Of a DNA stretch of 64,000 nt, positions 12,672-25,180 are shown one piece after another. A program made the position numbers and the translations under genes. The DNA comes from Camelus dromedarius (Eukaryota): NCBI RefSeq assembly GCF_036321535.1, contig NC_087438.1, positions 5,458,001 to 5,522,000 on the forward strand, written 5' to 3'. The notes beneath the pieces are model-generated. The model saw nothing but the letters and a program-made list of their open reading frames with translations, was not told the origin of the DNA and searched no databases. Each line of letters begins with the position of its first letter. Position 1 is the first letter of the stretch.

Positions 12672-13566
12672 TAAAGTTGGAAAATAGAGGAAGAGAATTA
12701 AGTTTTCTTGACTGAATGTACTAAAAGACAACTTTACTGAAGATTGAGACTTTCAATTAAAAAAGTTTTAACATTTCTTGGAGGAAGGGAGGATGGTGGA
12801 CCATTTAACAATATAGGAAACTTTCGATTCAGTTTTCCATATCTGCCCCCATCCCCACCCCTCCCCAAACCTCCCTGAGCTGGAAGGCAGCTCTCACTCC
12901 ACCAGCACCTCCCGGGGCCACCTCTACGTCCTGGAGGACTTTGCAGGGACCCTGACCAGCTCACAAGGAATCTGTATCTGTGCAATATGGGTTGTGGGCA
13001 CTAGAGTTAACTGGGTAGATAGTTAAATCCTGTGAATTTGTTACCACTTTTTAAAATAATCTAAAAATAATTTATATTCCTATATAAAATATACCATAAA
13101 GAGTATTCATATTACTGTGTTAAGATTACATACGTATGGCATATCAGATTATGTTTATATAATTTTATTAAGTGATTTATTAACAAAACTATATTTCTGA
13201 TAAAAAATATTTTAAGGTAATACTGACAGAGATTTAGTTTTTTAATGATGCTAGAAATATGAAACGTTTTGAAATTCCACTCTGGCATATGATTTATTTA
13301 CCAAAGTTACTTCTTTTTAGTATCACAGTTCCAGAATTCAGGGAAATTTGCATTCAATTTACGGATGTGAACAAGTACATTTTTTTAGTAAAGCTACAGT
13401 CTCTTTCTTCTCCATTCAGCCCTCCTCACTCCCTACCTTTTTATTTTGGCTCCCTTTGGCGTATTGTTTAGTTTTTCCACATGATTTGTTTTACTTCCAT
13501 TATCTCATGCAAGCTTTAGCTTAGGCTTAATATACCTACTTAATATCCTTATATTTTTTAAATTCC

Positions 13567-13898
13567 TACTATGGTCTGAATATTTACATCCCCCAAAACT
13601 CATGTTCAAATCCTACCCTCCACTGTGATGATGGTAGGAGCTGGGGTCTTGGGGGTGATCAGGTCGTGAAGGTGGAGCCCTCGGGATGGGGATCAGCACC
13701 CTTGTTAAGAAGCTCCAGCTTCTCCTGCTGGCGGGGACAGTGAGGAGTCGGCAGCCTGCATCCCGGGGGAGGCCTTCACCAAAACCCGACAAATACGGGC
13801 ACCTGGCCTTGAACTCCAGGGCCGGAACTCTGAGCCGTTTCTGTTGTTTAAAGCCCCTCAGTGGTATTCTGTTACAGCAGCCCACTTGGACTAAGACG
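13567..13898 (+). mobile_element. MaLR solo LTR, MLT1A0-like, inside the probable MTRR 3' UTR
   Basis: Begins tactatggtctgaat...cccccaaaactcatgtt, ends ...ggtattctgttacagcagccc...gactaagacg; flanks attcc/tttcc fit a decayed 5-bp target-site duplication (TSD). Confidence 0.85.
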
Positions 13899-14068
13899 TT
13901 TCCCAGTGACACATTCTCTCATAAAATGTGTCAAAGCTGAAAACAAAATGTAAAACAGATGTGAAAACGTTTCTCCAAGTCTCCAGCATATATTGTTTTT
14001 TTATATTAAAGAGATTGGCATTTGAAAAACAAATCTCTACCTGTGAAAGTCTTCTGGTCATTTTGAAA

Positions 14069-14074
14069 AATAAA
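14069..14074 (+). terminator. Candidate polyadenylation signal AATAAA for MTRR
   Basis: gaaaAATAAAgatctg followed by GT/T-rich sequence; a proximal ATTAAA variant lies at 12756-12761. Confidence 0.6.
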
Positions 14075-15448
14075 GATCTGAAGGAAATACTGTATTAAGA
14101 TGTGTTAAGCCTTCATGAATGTTTATTACATTCTCTAATCTCATATATTTCATATATTTCATAGCAGAAATATTTCTGAAAAAACAAAAGGCATAAGAAA
14201 ACACATCAAGCAAAGTTATACGCATGTTATATATGTGTCAGCTGAAATAGACTTAAGGTGGAAACATCGAAAGGGACAAAGAACAATACTCCGTACTGAC
14301 AGCTGACGGAGGACACACCGTACAGCTTGTGCTCGCCTCCCTGCGCTGTGGGTCAGTGCCTGACCCCAAGGCTGGTGAGTCCCTGAGGAGGCAGGTGTGG
14401 TCATGGAGGTGCCAGAACCTGGCCGGGCACCTGGTTTATGCACAACAACCCGGTTATTTCTGTTGTTAGATACCAAGTTTTAGGTATTGATCAGTTGCTC
14501 CTTCAGTCTTGCCCACAGACGGTAGTGAAAATGGATCCCAGTCCAGATTCTGCAGCGTGTGCAGATACTAAACAGTTCATTAGCCAACCAGGCACACAGC
14601 ATCCTACAGCCCATCCGTCACAAGATTCTGTCTCTAGGTGGTCCAGCCACGTCTTTCATGAAAAGTTTCACATCTTGCTGGAAAGTTTATTCACGGTGGT
14701 TGTGGGTATTCCAGGGGCAGGGTTTTGTTCCTCCTAGCACCGTGAGTGGCCCTCCACCCAAGAGTCTTGCTAGAAAAAGTCTTTGGCCTTGTTTATGTAG
14801 GGGTGGGGGGTGCTCTGAACTAATGTCCAAACTCCATCATATATTAATGCCACTAAGTAGTCAGTCAGAGCTCCTTTCTAACCTCAGTTATTCTAAGAAG
14901 CCTTCGTTGGCCCCATTACTTTCAGCAACAATGCTGGTTGGTGGTGGAATTAATTGAAGAGCTTAGGAGCAAGATGGTCATTACTGGTCATTACGTGCTT
15001 ATTATCCTCATTGGAGTGCTGACTACACAGAGTCTTCGCTCTGTTAACACACCGATGGATCTGTGCTCAAGTATTCTAAACTGAATTCCAGACACCATAG
15101 TACTGGTGCACTAATCTAGCCATGAACGGTCAGATAAAAATACACGAGAATTTGAACATTACAGTTCGCAAACGAGATGATGTATGTGCCACATTCAACA
15201 AATGAGGCACCCATGTTGGTTTCAGATACACTTGAAACATTTTTAAAATTAGACTATGAACTAGGCCATAAAGGAAAACGCAGCAAATTAAGGCATTGTT
15301 TGCTAATCCGAATAGAATTAATCAACTATAAGAAGCTACCCATAATGGCCACACTGAAGAATTGCTAAACACTCGCAAACAGTTCATGGCATAGGAAATA
15401 AAAATGGATTACAGAACATTTGGTCTGATTTCTTATAAGTGCTAAATG

Positions 15449-16648
15449 CAAAAACCCCTAGAAGAAAACAGGAAAACATTCTCTGACTAACCTCAGCAGG
15501 TCTCCCAGGGCAGGCTGCCTGGGCGACGGGAACAAGGCGAAAATGAACACATGGAACCTAGTTACACTCAACCTTCGCACAGCAAAGGAGACCGCAAGCA
15601 AAACAAAACAACACCCTTGGAACGGGAGAAAATATTTGCAAATGGTTCGACTGACAAAGGCTTAATTTCCAGACTATATAAACAGCTCATACAACTTAAT
15701 AAAAAAAAAAACTAAGTCAATCCAAAAAATGACAGAAGACCTAAATAAACATTTCTCCAATGAAGACATACAAATGACCAACAGGCACACGAAAAGATTC
15801 TCAGTGTTGCTAATTATCAGAGAAATGCAAATCAAAACTACAATGAGGTATCACCTCATGTCAGTCAGAATGGCCATCGTTCAAAAGTCCACAAAGGATA
15901 AATGCTGGAGAGGGTGTGGAGAAAAGGGAACCCTCCTGCACTGCTGGTGGGAATGTAGTTTGGTGCAGCCACTGTGGAAAACAGTATGGAGGTTCTTTAA
16001 AAAACTGAAGATAGACTTACCCTATGATCCAGCAATCCCACTCCTGGGCATATATTCAGAGGGAACCTTAATTCAAAAAGATACATGCACCCCAATGTTC
16101 ATAGCAGCACTGTTTACAATAGCCAAGACATGGAAATAACCTAAATGTCCATTGACAGATGACTAGATAAAGAGGTTGGGGTATATTTACACAATCGAAT
16201 ACTACTCAGCCATAAAAAAGAATAAAATAATGCCATTTGCAGCAACATGGATGGACCTGGTGATGACCATTCTAAGTGAAGTAAGCCAGAAAGAGAAAAA
16301 TACCATATATCACTCATATATGGACTCTTAAAAAAAAGAACACTAATGAACTCATCTACAAGACAGAAACAGATTCGCAGACATAGTAAACAATTGTATG
16401 GCTACCGGAGAAAGAGTGGGAAGGGAAAAGTTTGGGAGTTGGAAATTTGCAAATATTAGCCACTATATATAAAAATAGATTAAGAATTTTCTTCTGTGTA
16501 GCATAGGGAACTATATTCAATATTTTTAATAACCTTTAATGAAAATATATGAAAACAAATGCATATATGTATATGCATGACTGGGACATTATGCTGTTAC
16601 ACCAGAAACTGACACATTGTAACTGCTTCAATTAAAAATAAATAAAAG
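15449..16648 (+). mobile_element. 5'-truncated L1 (ORF2 C-terminus, 3' UTR, A-rich tail)
   Basis: ORF 15729-16139 is the L1 ORF2p C-terminus with the Cys-rich [18 protein letters not shown] motif; TSD core gtgctaaatg at 15439-15448 and 16649-16658. Confidence 0.93.
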
Positions 16649-16696
16649 GTGCTAAATGTACACATGCAGTCAAAACCATACCCAGAGGGAAATTTC

Positions 16697-17280
16697 ATTC
16701 ATCCATTTCACAGATATTTGAGAGCCTACTTCACCAGGTGCTAAAACTACTGTGGATATAGCTGTGAACAAAATAGGTAAACACCTCTGCTCAGAGCTTA
16801 CGTTCTTATTTGAAGAGAGCCATAAATCAATGAATAAATAAATGTCAATTGTGCCTGAGAAGGTGATAAAGCTATGGAGAAAGACAAATCAGGCTAACAG
16901 GGGTTTGGTATGCAGTGTTGGAGGGGCCATGCAACTTCAGACAGAGCAGTCAGGGACAGTCTCACTGAGAAGGGAAAGACCTGGAAGAGACAAGGCACCA
17001 GCTGCTGTGGATAGTTCAGGCCAGGGACAGTGCAAAGGCCCTGAGGCAGGACAATGTCTGGTGAGTTGGAGGAACAGAAAAGAAATGGGGAGATCTGATG
17101 GTGCATTGTCTTGAGGACACTGCAGGCTGTGGCTTTTACTCTGGCTGACTGGACAGCCAGTAGAGCAGAGGAGTCATGTGATCTCATTCACATTCTGCAG
17201 GGCTCACTTTGGTGTGGTTGAGAGAACTGAAGGGGCCAAGGACTGAAGCAGTGAAACCACTTAGAGAACTGACATAATAG
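16697..17280 (-). mobile_element. L2 fragment
   Basis: ttcattcatccatttcacagatatttgagagcctact...gtgaacaaaa tail, then the purine-rich antisense L2 body (tgcaaaggccctgaggcagga). Confidence 0.7.
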
Positions 17281-17639
17281 AGTCAGATCATCAAATCAGA
17301 CTCTCAAGAGTCAGAAATCTTAACCTTACCAAGGTTTACCAGTGGCAAGGCTGCAGGTAAACTCAGGACACGTGGATCACTGAGAATCTAGGACGGCCTG
17401 CACCACTCCCCACATCTCCCTGCTGCGTTAGGCCCTTGCAGATGTATATGAAATATCGTGCATACAGGGCATCACTTACACCAAAGGAACTATTTAGGTC
17501 ATGGTCTTTCTCCTTTATAAGCCCAAAATTACATGGCTAATGTAACAATTTTCTGGAAAGCCAAGCCCCACAGATCTGTGCATCCTAGGTTTATAGTGAG
17601 CACTGTAGACAAACCAAGGACACCTGCCAAAAGTAGTCA

Positions 17640-18610
17640 GTAATTATATCAACTGTAACTGTACTGAATGAGCCAAGATTACTCGAACAAACCCATATGC
17701 TGTTTAGAAGAGACATACTTTAAGTTTGAAAGTTTGAAAGAGGATATACCAATCGGAGAAAAGGAAAGCAGGTGTAGTTAAATTAATGTAAAAAGGAGAC
17801 TTAAAGCAAGAAATATTATGAGACATATTTTCATTAAAGTCAATTGATGAGGAGGAAGTAAAAATCCTAAACATGCATGCACTTGATTAAAAAACTTTAA
17901 GATACATAAAGCAAAAATTGTCAGAACTAAAAGGGGGAAGAACCTAATCCAAAATCACAGAAAAGTTAACATACCACAGAAGGAACAATTAGATAGAAGA
18001 GTAAGCACTTAAGAGATTTTTTTAGCAACACAATCGATAGGATCTAATTGATATATATAAAACACATTCTTCAGAACAGAATTTGTCTAGTTTACATTGA
18101 CTATTTACCAGAATGGACCAACTTTCAAAAAGGTAGAATCCACACAACATGTTTTCTGAGAATTAAACCAGAAGTCAGTAACTAAATGAAACTAGAATAA
18201 CCCCAAATATTTGGAAAATAAATAGCACAACATAACTCATGAGTCAAAGAAAAATCACAAGGGAAATTACAAAATATTTGGATACAGACAAAAAATGACA
18301 TTCCAAAATGTGTAGTATGCAGCTAAATCAGTGCTCTAGGAGAAATTTGTGGGTCTAAATTCTTACAAAATTAAGCTTCAAAGTCAATGATCTCAGCTTC
18401 AATACAAGGAAGTTAGAAAAGGACCAGTACGTTAAATAATCAAGAATATAGAAGGATATAGTAAAGATATCCTGAAATAGAAAAAAAAAAAAAAAAACAA
18501 CAACCTGAAGTGAAATAGAAAAAAAAATGAAATAGAAAAGAAAAAACAAAAAACAAACCCAATATACAACAGAGAGAACCAGCAAAGCAAAAGTTAATTG
18601 TTCAAGATCT
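17640..18610 (+). mobile_element. Ancient L1M fossil, ORF2 endonuclease/linker region
   Basis: A-rich degenerate matches to ORF2 motifs (atatgctgtttagaagagacatac = ICCLQETH-like; gcagctaaatcagtgctctaggagaaattt = AAKAVLRGKF-like). Confidence 0.7.
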
Positions 18611-19122
18611 TTTTCCAGCATCCTGAGGTATAATTAACAAATAAAGTTGTACATAATTAAAATACACAACATGATTTCTGTATCCTTTGTGAAGTGATTA
18701 CCACAGTCAGGTTAATTATCACATTCATCGCCTCGCATAGTCACCGTTTTTGAGTGTGTGTAATGAGAATGCGTAAGATTTACTCTCTTAGCACGTTTCA
18801 AGTGCACAATGCTGTATTATTAACTATGGTCACCACGCTGTACGTTAGATCCCCAGAACTTACTCGTCTTAAACTGAAGGCTTGCACTCTACAACCAGCA
18901 TCTCCCCACTTCCCAGCCCTCGGCCCCTGGTGACCACCATTCTGCCCTCCATTTCTGTGACTTTGATTTTGTTCTTTGTAGATTCCACATATAAGATCAT
19001 ACAGTATTTGTCTTCCTCTGCCTGGCTTATTTCACTGAGCATAATGTCCTCTGTGTTCCTCCACGTTGTTGCAAATGACAGGATTTCTTTTTCATGGCTG
19101 AGTAATATCCTATTGTGTATAT

Positions 19123-19458
19123 TGTTAAAGTGAGACATATTAAAATTTTTAAGATTTTATTTGAGCAAAAGTCAGTTCAAACCAGGCAGCACCAAACCAG
19201 AAGTTGTTAGGAGAACCCCACCTATAGAAGCTACGGAAAAAGACTTACAAACAAAGCCAGGCCATTGTTTGATTGGCTATGGCTTAAGCAGCTACGTTAT
19301 CCTGGAGAGGTTATTTGGCTGTTTGTAATTGGGTGTCCTTAGGTTTTGATTTTTCAACCTTGAGGCACTACGAACTTAGGGTTTTGTTTGCCTACACAGG
19401 CTATTAAGGCATGATAGCCACCCTAGTCTACTGATCAACTTGTTTAGTGATTCTAACA
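19123..19458. mobile_element. Putative solo LTR nested in L1
   Basis: 336-bp non-L1 block bounded by inverted termini TGTTA...TAACA; L1 3' sequence resumes directly afterwards; no clear TSD. Confidence 0.6.
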
Positions 19459-20782
19459 GAACAGACCCTATCGTCTTCATCCCTTCATCTGTTGTCAGAC
19501 ACTTCGGTTGTCTCCACGCCTTGACTACTGTGAACGGTGCTGCAATGAGCACGGGAGTCTTCAGGATCCTGATTTCATTTACTTTGGATATGTACCCAGA
19601 AGGGGGGATTACTAATCATATAGTAGCTCTGCTGTTAATTTTTTGAGGAACTTCCATGCTGTTTTCTGTAGTGGCTGCACCAATTTATATTCCTATCAAA
19701 AGGGCACAAGGGTTCACATCCTCACCAACACTTGTTATCGCCTGTCTTTTAGATGAATGCCACTCTACCGGGTGTGAGATGATAGCTCATTATGGTTTTG
19801 ATTTGCATTTCCTTGATGATTAGAGATCTTGAATATCTTTTCATGCACCTGTTGGCCATTTATGTCTTCTTTGGAAAAATGTCTATTCAGGTCCTTTTCA
19901 ATTTCTTTCCTTCCTTCCTTCCTTCCTTCTTTCCTTCTTTCTTTCTACTATTGAATTGTATGGGTTCCTTATGTATTTTGGATATTATTAACTCATCAGA
20001 TATATTGTTTGCAAATATATTCTTCTATTCCATAGGCTGCCTTTTCATTTCAAACTTATTGACGGTTTCCTTTGCTGTGCAGAAGCCTTTAAGTTGATGC
20101 AGTCCCACTTATTTTGATTTTAATAGGTCATTTTATTACCTGTGCTTTTGGTTTCATAATCAAAAAAATCATTGCCAAGACCAATGTCAAGGAGCTTTTT
20201 TTCCTTATGTTTTCTTCTAGGAGTTTTATGATTTCAGGTCTTACGTTTAAGTCTTTAATTCATTTTGAGTTAATTTTTGGGAGTGGTGTAAGATAGGGAA
20301 CCAGTTTCTTTTGCATGTGACTATCCAGTTTTCCCAACACTGTTTGTTGAAGAGACTATCCTTTTCCCATTGTGTATTCTTAGCACCTTTGTCAAAGATC
20401 AGTTGACTGGATATGTGGGCATTTATTTCTGGGCTCCATAGTCTGTTCCATCATTCATTGTGTCTGTTTTTATGCCAGCAACATACTGTTTTGATTATTA
20501 TAGCTTTGTAACATAGCTTGAAATCAGAGAGTGTGATGTCTCCAGTTTTGTTCCTCTTAGTCAAGATTGCTTTGGCTATTTGGGATATTTTATGGTTTCA
20601 TATGAATTTTAGGATTGTTTTTCAATTTCTGAAAAGTGAAACTAATGGAATTTTTATAAGGATTTCACTGAATCTTAGATTGCTCTAGATAGTAAGGACA
20701 TTTAATAGTGTTAATTTTTCCAGTCCACAAACATGGACTTTCCATTTATTTGTGCCTTCCTCAATTTCTTTCATCTTTGTCT

Positions 20783-20910
20783 CTTTTGGGGGGTAATTAG
20801 GTTTATTTTTTAAATTATTATTATTTTATTCAGTGGAGGTACTTGAGATTGAACCCAGGACTTTGTGTATGCTAAGCGTGTACTCTACCACTGAGTTATA
20901 CCCTCCTCCC
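20783..20910 (-). mobile_element. tRNA-Ala-derived camelid SINE (vic-1-like)
   Basis: Antisense head with A/B boxes and the aaacctaattacccc tail; perfect 12-bp TSD tcatctttgtct at 20771-20782 and 20911-20922. Confidence 0.9.
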
Positions 20911-21769
20911 TCATCTTTGTCTTATAGTTTTGCAAAATTCAACATCTTTTCATGATAAAAACTCTCAATACATTGAGTATAGAAGGAACGCACCTCAACA
21001 TAATAAGAAAACATCTGCACGTTGGTGTCAGAAGCATTGAGAGTGAGAAGAGTCTGATTACCAAGCCTGGACTAAGGGATTTATGAGTAAACCATGATCA
21101 CTTAGGAAAAAATAAAGGATGTTGTATTTCTGTACATCCAGATTGTTACTATAAATTTAAAACTTGCTACATGAAAAATAAACAATTACCTTAAGTAAGT
21201 CTTAAATCTGAATTTTCTGGTAAAAACTTACTGTGTTCTTCTGACCTCCCACTGACCCCAAGTACCTAAACTATTCCTTGACTTTAAAATCCCCACAGCA
21301 ACGTGGCGGTTTCCAATCCCCCGGGGCCTCTAAGATGTGCTGCTTTCTTGCCTGTTCAAGACCCTGTTTCTTCACTCTGTGGATTTTCTTCACTGGAACA
21401 TGACTTGGCGTTAGTAGAATTTTCCTAAAATCTTCTCACCAAGTAGATTGTCCTTCAATTTCATCTTTAATCAGTCAGATTAATAAAATACTGGAAAGGA
21501 TGTCCACATTGATAAATTCAAGCTTTAAATTCTTTAATCAGAGCACTAATCATACTTTAAAGTTGTTTCATCTGGATCTGTACTTTGCCGTGATTAAGGA
21601 CTTAACTTTTTATCCACATTATTTGTTTTTAATTGAAGTACTTCTGATTTACACAGACTTCAGTGGCAGGTCTCATCGGCTTCAGCATGTGCTGGGGGGG
21701 CCTCTGGGAGAGTGGCTGAAGCTCACTGTCTGGAATCAGAAACTAGGAGCTACTGCTCACTGGAGAGAC

Positions 21770-21980
21770 AGCACAGTAGTTAAAAGCATAATTCCGTGTT
21801 TGAAACAGACACATGTTTGAAACTCCACTCTCACCCAGGGCTGAAGCCTTTGGACAAGTTACTTAACCTCTTCGTGCCTCAGGCTGTGGGATGAGACTAT
21901 GAGTTAATTTGTGAGACGAACTTAGGTAGCTTCTGGCATTCAGTGGGTCCTACCTAAATGTGACTGCCATTACTGATGAC
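21770..21980 (+). mobile_element. MIR fragment
   Basis: Core ttggacaagttacttaacctcttcgtgcctcag. Confidence 0.65.
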
Positions 21981-23039
21981 AGCTTCCTGTATGATTTGGG
22001 TTTTCTCTGTGCTGTATATTTCCATCTTTTTCTATAAAATGCAGCCAAGTGTATAAACTACAATCATTTTTGTTTCTATGAAAGTCTCTATTTGCCTCTG
22101 AGGTATTAATGATAAATATTTTAAAGGTTCAAACATAAAAGTGAGCGTTCATACATACGGACAATCTCAAGCAGCTCTCCACAGAACCAGAAGTGCGTGG
22201 ACCACAATTTTTGGTGAGATGAATGAATGCCCTGGATCACATGCTGCCTGCCTTGTAGAGCATCCCACGTGCCAAGTCTGGTCCATTCTGGTTTCCCTCC
22301 TGTTCTGTGAGCCGCACAGATTTAACCCCTTTGAGTCACTCAGGTGGTGCAGCTTGCCTAATGTACGTGGATATACACGCCAAAGTGGCTTATTTTCCTC
22401 AAAGTTGAAAACTGAGGTAATTTAAATATATTCACAATATTTGCATGGATATGATACACTTTCCCCACCTGGAAAGGAACTTTAAGTTAAGCACTGTTAA
22501 CAGCAGTGCTACTTATACTGTTGTTAAATCAGTTCTTCTAGGCCTTCATCTCTGTTTTGTTTAACGCTAACATTTTTCTTTTTAAATGGGGCTGGTTTAC
22601 GTTTCACGGAAATCCACATACTGCTTTTGACGTCCGTTACATTCTCGTGACCAGAGGTTCAGATGTGCACTTTAGGCTAAGACAATTTTTATTTTCAGAA
22701 GTATCCTTGCAGTGTAAGAACGTTAATCTAGAGTTGGCTGGTACGTCGAATGCATTGTCTGATCAGTCTCCTTCAGGATTTGGTATGTTGAGCGTACGTG
22801 TGTGCCTAAGCCCATTCTAAGGAGTGACACGATCAGAGCATAAGCCAGTTCAGAACCCAGGGTTCCTTGGTCGGCCAGTTCTGCCATTTCCCTCAGCGCG
22901 AGTGAACAGGGTTTATCAGCCCCTGTGTGTCAACCTTTGTGGGCCTCATAGACTCATCACTGAAATTCTGTGAGATTTATGTCTTAGTCTGAAAATGAGG
23001 AGGTTTGGCTAAAAAGGTTTAACTGCTCCATAAATTCAC

Positions 23040-24750
23040 ACAACCTTACTTTTCTTCTAAATGAGCATCTTGGTAATTCTCAGGTCTTTGTGGTTCTTTG
23101 TAAGTTTTAGAACAAGCTTTTTGAATTCATCAAAACATCCTGATGAGATTTTGTTTTTAATTGGAATTGCCTTGAATGGAATTTGGAAGGGCTGAAATCT
23201 TTGCCGTGTTGTCACTGGCTATCATGAAAGTGGTACTGCTCTGCATTTGATTAAATCTTTTGAAACGTCCTTCAGCAACGTTTTGTAATTTTTCTCGCAC
23301 AAGGTTACTCATCTTTTGTTAATTTTATTCTTGGGAACCCTAGATATTCTGTGATTCCTAAATTACATTTTAAAACCTTTAAATAAATGAATTTCTAGAA
23401 TTTGAAATTCTAGTTTGAAAATAAGATTTAGGTGATATTAATCATAGCAATTTAGCAAATTTATCAAGTAATATTAAATAACTTATTAAACCACACAATA
23501 ATAATATTGTTGTAGAATTAATTCTGATGGGATTTAATAAAATGACACTCCAGGCTTTATTTTGATTTCACCACTTTTCCCACTAACATTTTCCTGGTCC
23601 AGAACCCCGACCAGGACACCGCATGGTATCTATCTTCCTACCTCCTTGGTCTCCTCCAGTCTGTGGCAGCTTTTCAGTCTTCCATAGTTTCTCAAGACCC
23701 TGCAGTTTTGAAAAGCCTTTGTCAGGTGTTTCGTAGGAGGCCCTCCATCTGGGTTTGCTGGAGAGTGACTGTGGTTACGTCGGGGTCGTGATTTTTGGAG
23801 AATACACTGGAGGCGAGCTGTCACCTCATCGCATACCATGGTTCATCGCTGGCCAGGTTAACCCTGTCACTTGCTTAAAGTGAAACCTGCTAGGTTTCTC
23901 CATTGGGCAGTTTCTATTTTTCCTTTTCACAGTCGATTTTTTGGAAACGAGTCACTAAGTCCAGCCCCTGTTAAAAGGAAGAGAAATTAAGCTTGACCGC
24001 CTGGAGGAATATATATATATATTCTAATGCTTTTTTAAGGAAACTTGTCCCATCTAAGCTACGCATTTTATTTTATCACTTGTTTCTATCAGTATGGACT
24101 CCTGAGTATTTATTTAAATACTACGGGTTGTGATGCAATCCTGCGTTATTTTTGTTGCTCAAATTGTTCACCTTTGGCTACTGTAAGGTCTTTCATGTTG
24201 ACTCCTGTGTTCCTTCGATATGTCCCTTTGTTTTATTTTCTAAGGACTTCCTTATTTTCTGGCATCCTAAGGTGCTCCAGGATCATCTTGGATTCTCTCT
24301 GCCACAGGGTTACAAACACTTTCCCAAAGAACCCAGATTCCTCTCATTAGAGAACGCTGAGCGCCGCAGTCTGAGAAGTCGCCTTCCCAGGCTGCGGTAT
24401 GGCTGGGGCTACACAGCAGGGCATGTCTGGGGTAGGGCCTCTTTCCTCTAGCGAAGCGTCTTCACGCTTCACCCGTGTAGCTGCGTGAACTGGTGTCTGG
24501 TTCCTTTGTATCGCTAAGTAGTATTTTGGTGTGTGGACATAGAGCTGCTCAGTCACTCACCTGCTGAAGGAAATCTGCATGAACACTAAGTTTTCAACTC
24601 ACTTGGATAAATACCCAAGAGTGGGATTTCTGGGTCACGTGCTAAGGTTTTCTTTTATTTTCCTTTCTGAAAAAAATGTCTAAGAGACTGCCAAACTGTC
24701 TTCCCAAGTGGCTGTCTCATTTTGCACCCCCACCAGCGGGGCATGAGAGC
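23040..24750 (-). mobile_element. Cluster of old antisense L1M/L1MC fragments
   Basis: T-rich antisense ORF2 and 3' UTR motifs (e.g. ttggataaatacccaagagtgggatttctgggtca; gagactgccaaactgtcttcccaagtggctg); boundaries approximate. Confidence 0.65.
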
Positions 24751-25180
24751 TCATGCATTTATTTTGAGAGTAAATTAGTTGGAGTTCAGCGTTGCTAGAG
24801 TTTGCTTCAGCGCAGTCCTTGTCCCCAGCATCCTCAGTGTTTCCGAGTTTAAACAGGAGAGTCAACATTTAAAACGGCGGCACAGGGATTATAAACAAAA
24901 AGAGACAGAACTTGAGTTACTTCACCTGTGATTCTGTAGGACCACCTGAAGTTTTTCTTCATGGTGACTTTTTTTAACTTTGGTAGACGATTATTTACTT
25001 CCTTCAGCCTCACCGTGTAGGTGAAAAATGCCTTAGGATATCAGTACAGCCAGGAAAAGACCCTCCCCGGCGATGTGCCATGCTCAGTTACGAAGAGCTG
25101 CACGGATGCAGACGGGTGTTGAGAAGGCCACCCAGTCTCGGAAGTGTGTTGCCATCTGAAAATTAATTAAGCTTAACGTA

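Larger units (their letters stand above)
12672..14095 (+). other. MTRR: Probable MTRR 3' UTR (end approximate)
   Basis: Largely AT-rich sequence from the stop to ~20 nt past the first canonical AATAAA I found (14069-14074); cleavage site inferred. Confidence 0.6.
18610..20932 (-). mobile_element. L1 (L1MA-like) 3' portion, interrupted by a solo LTR and a SINE
   Basis: Antisense L1 3' UTR; ORF 18869-19138(-) gives EILSFATTW...DIMLSEISQ; antisense ORF2 continues to ~20930. Confidence 0.88.

Noticed and set aside
12669..12674. TGA before TAA read as selenocysteine or programmed read-through at the MTRR C-terminus
   Set aside because: MTRR is not a known selenoprotein, I could not identify a SECIS in the UTR by eye, and the context is not the leaky TGA-CTAG type. 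A TCA>TGA nonsense change explains it simply. A SECISearch run on 12672-14100 would settle it.
13060..13300. AU-rich elements in the 3' UTR
   Set aside because: Scattered ATTTA pentamers are expected by chance in sequence this AT-rich; only one overlapping pair (~13292) and no extended cluster.
15729..16139. 136-aa ORF as a host gene
   Set aside because: It is the C-terminus of L1 ORF2p in a 5'-truncated element with no promoter or RT domain.
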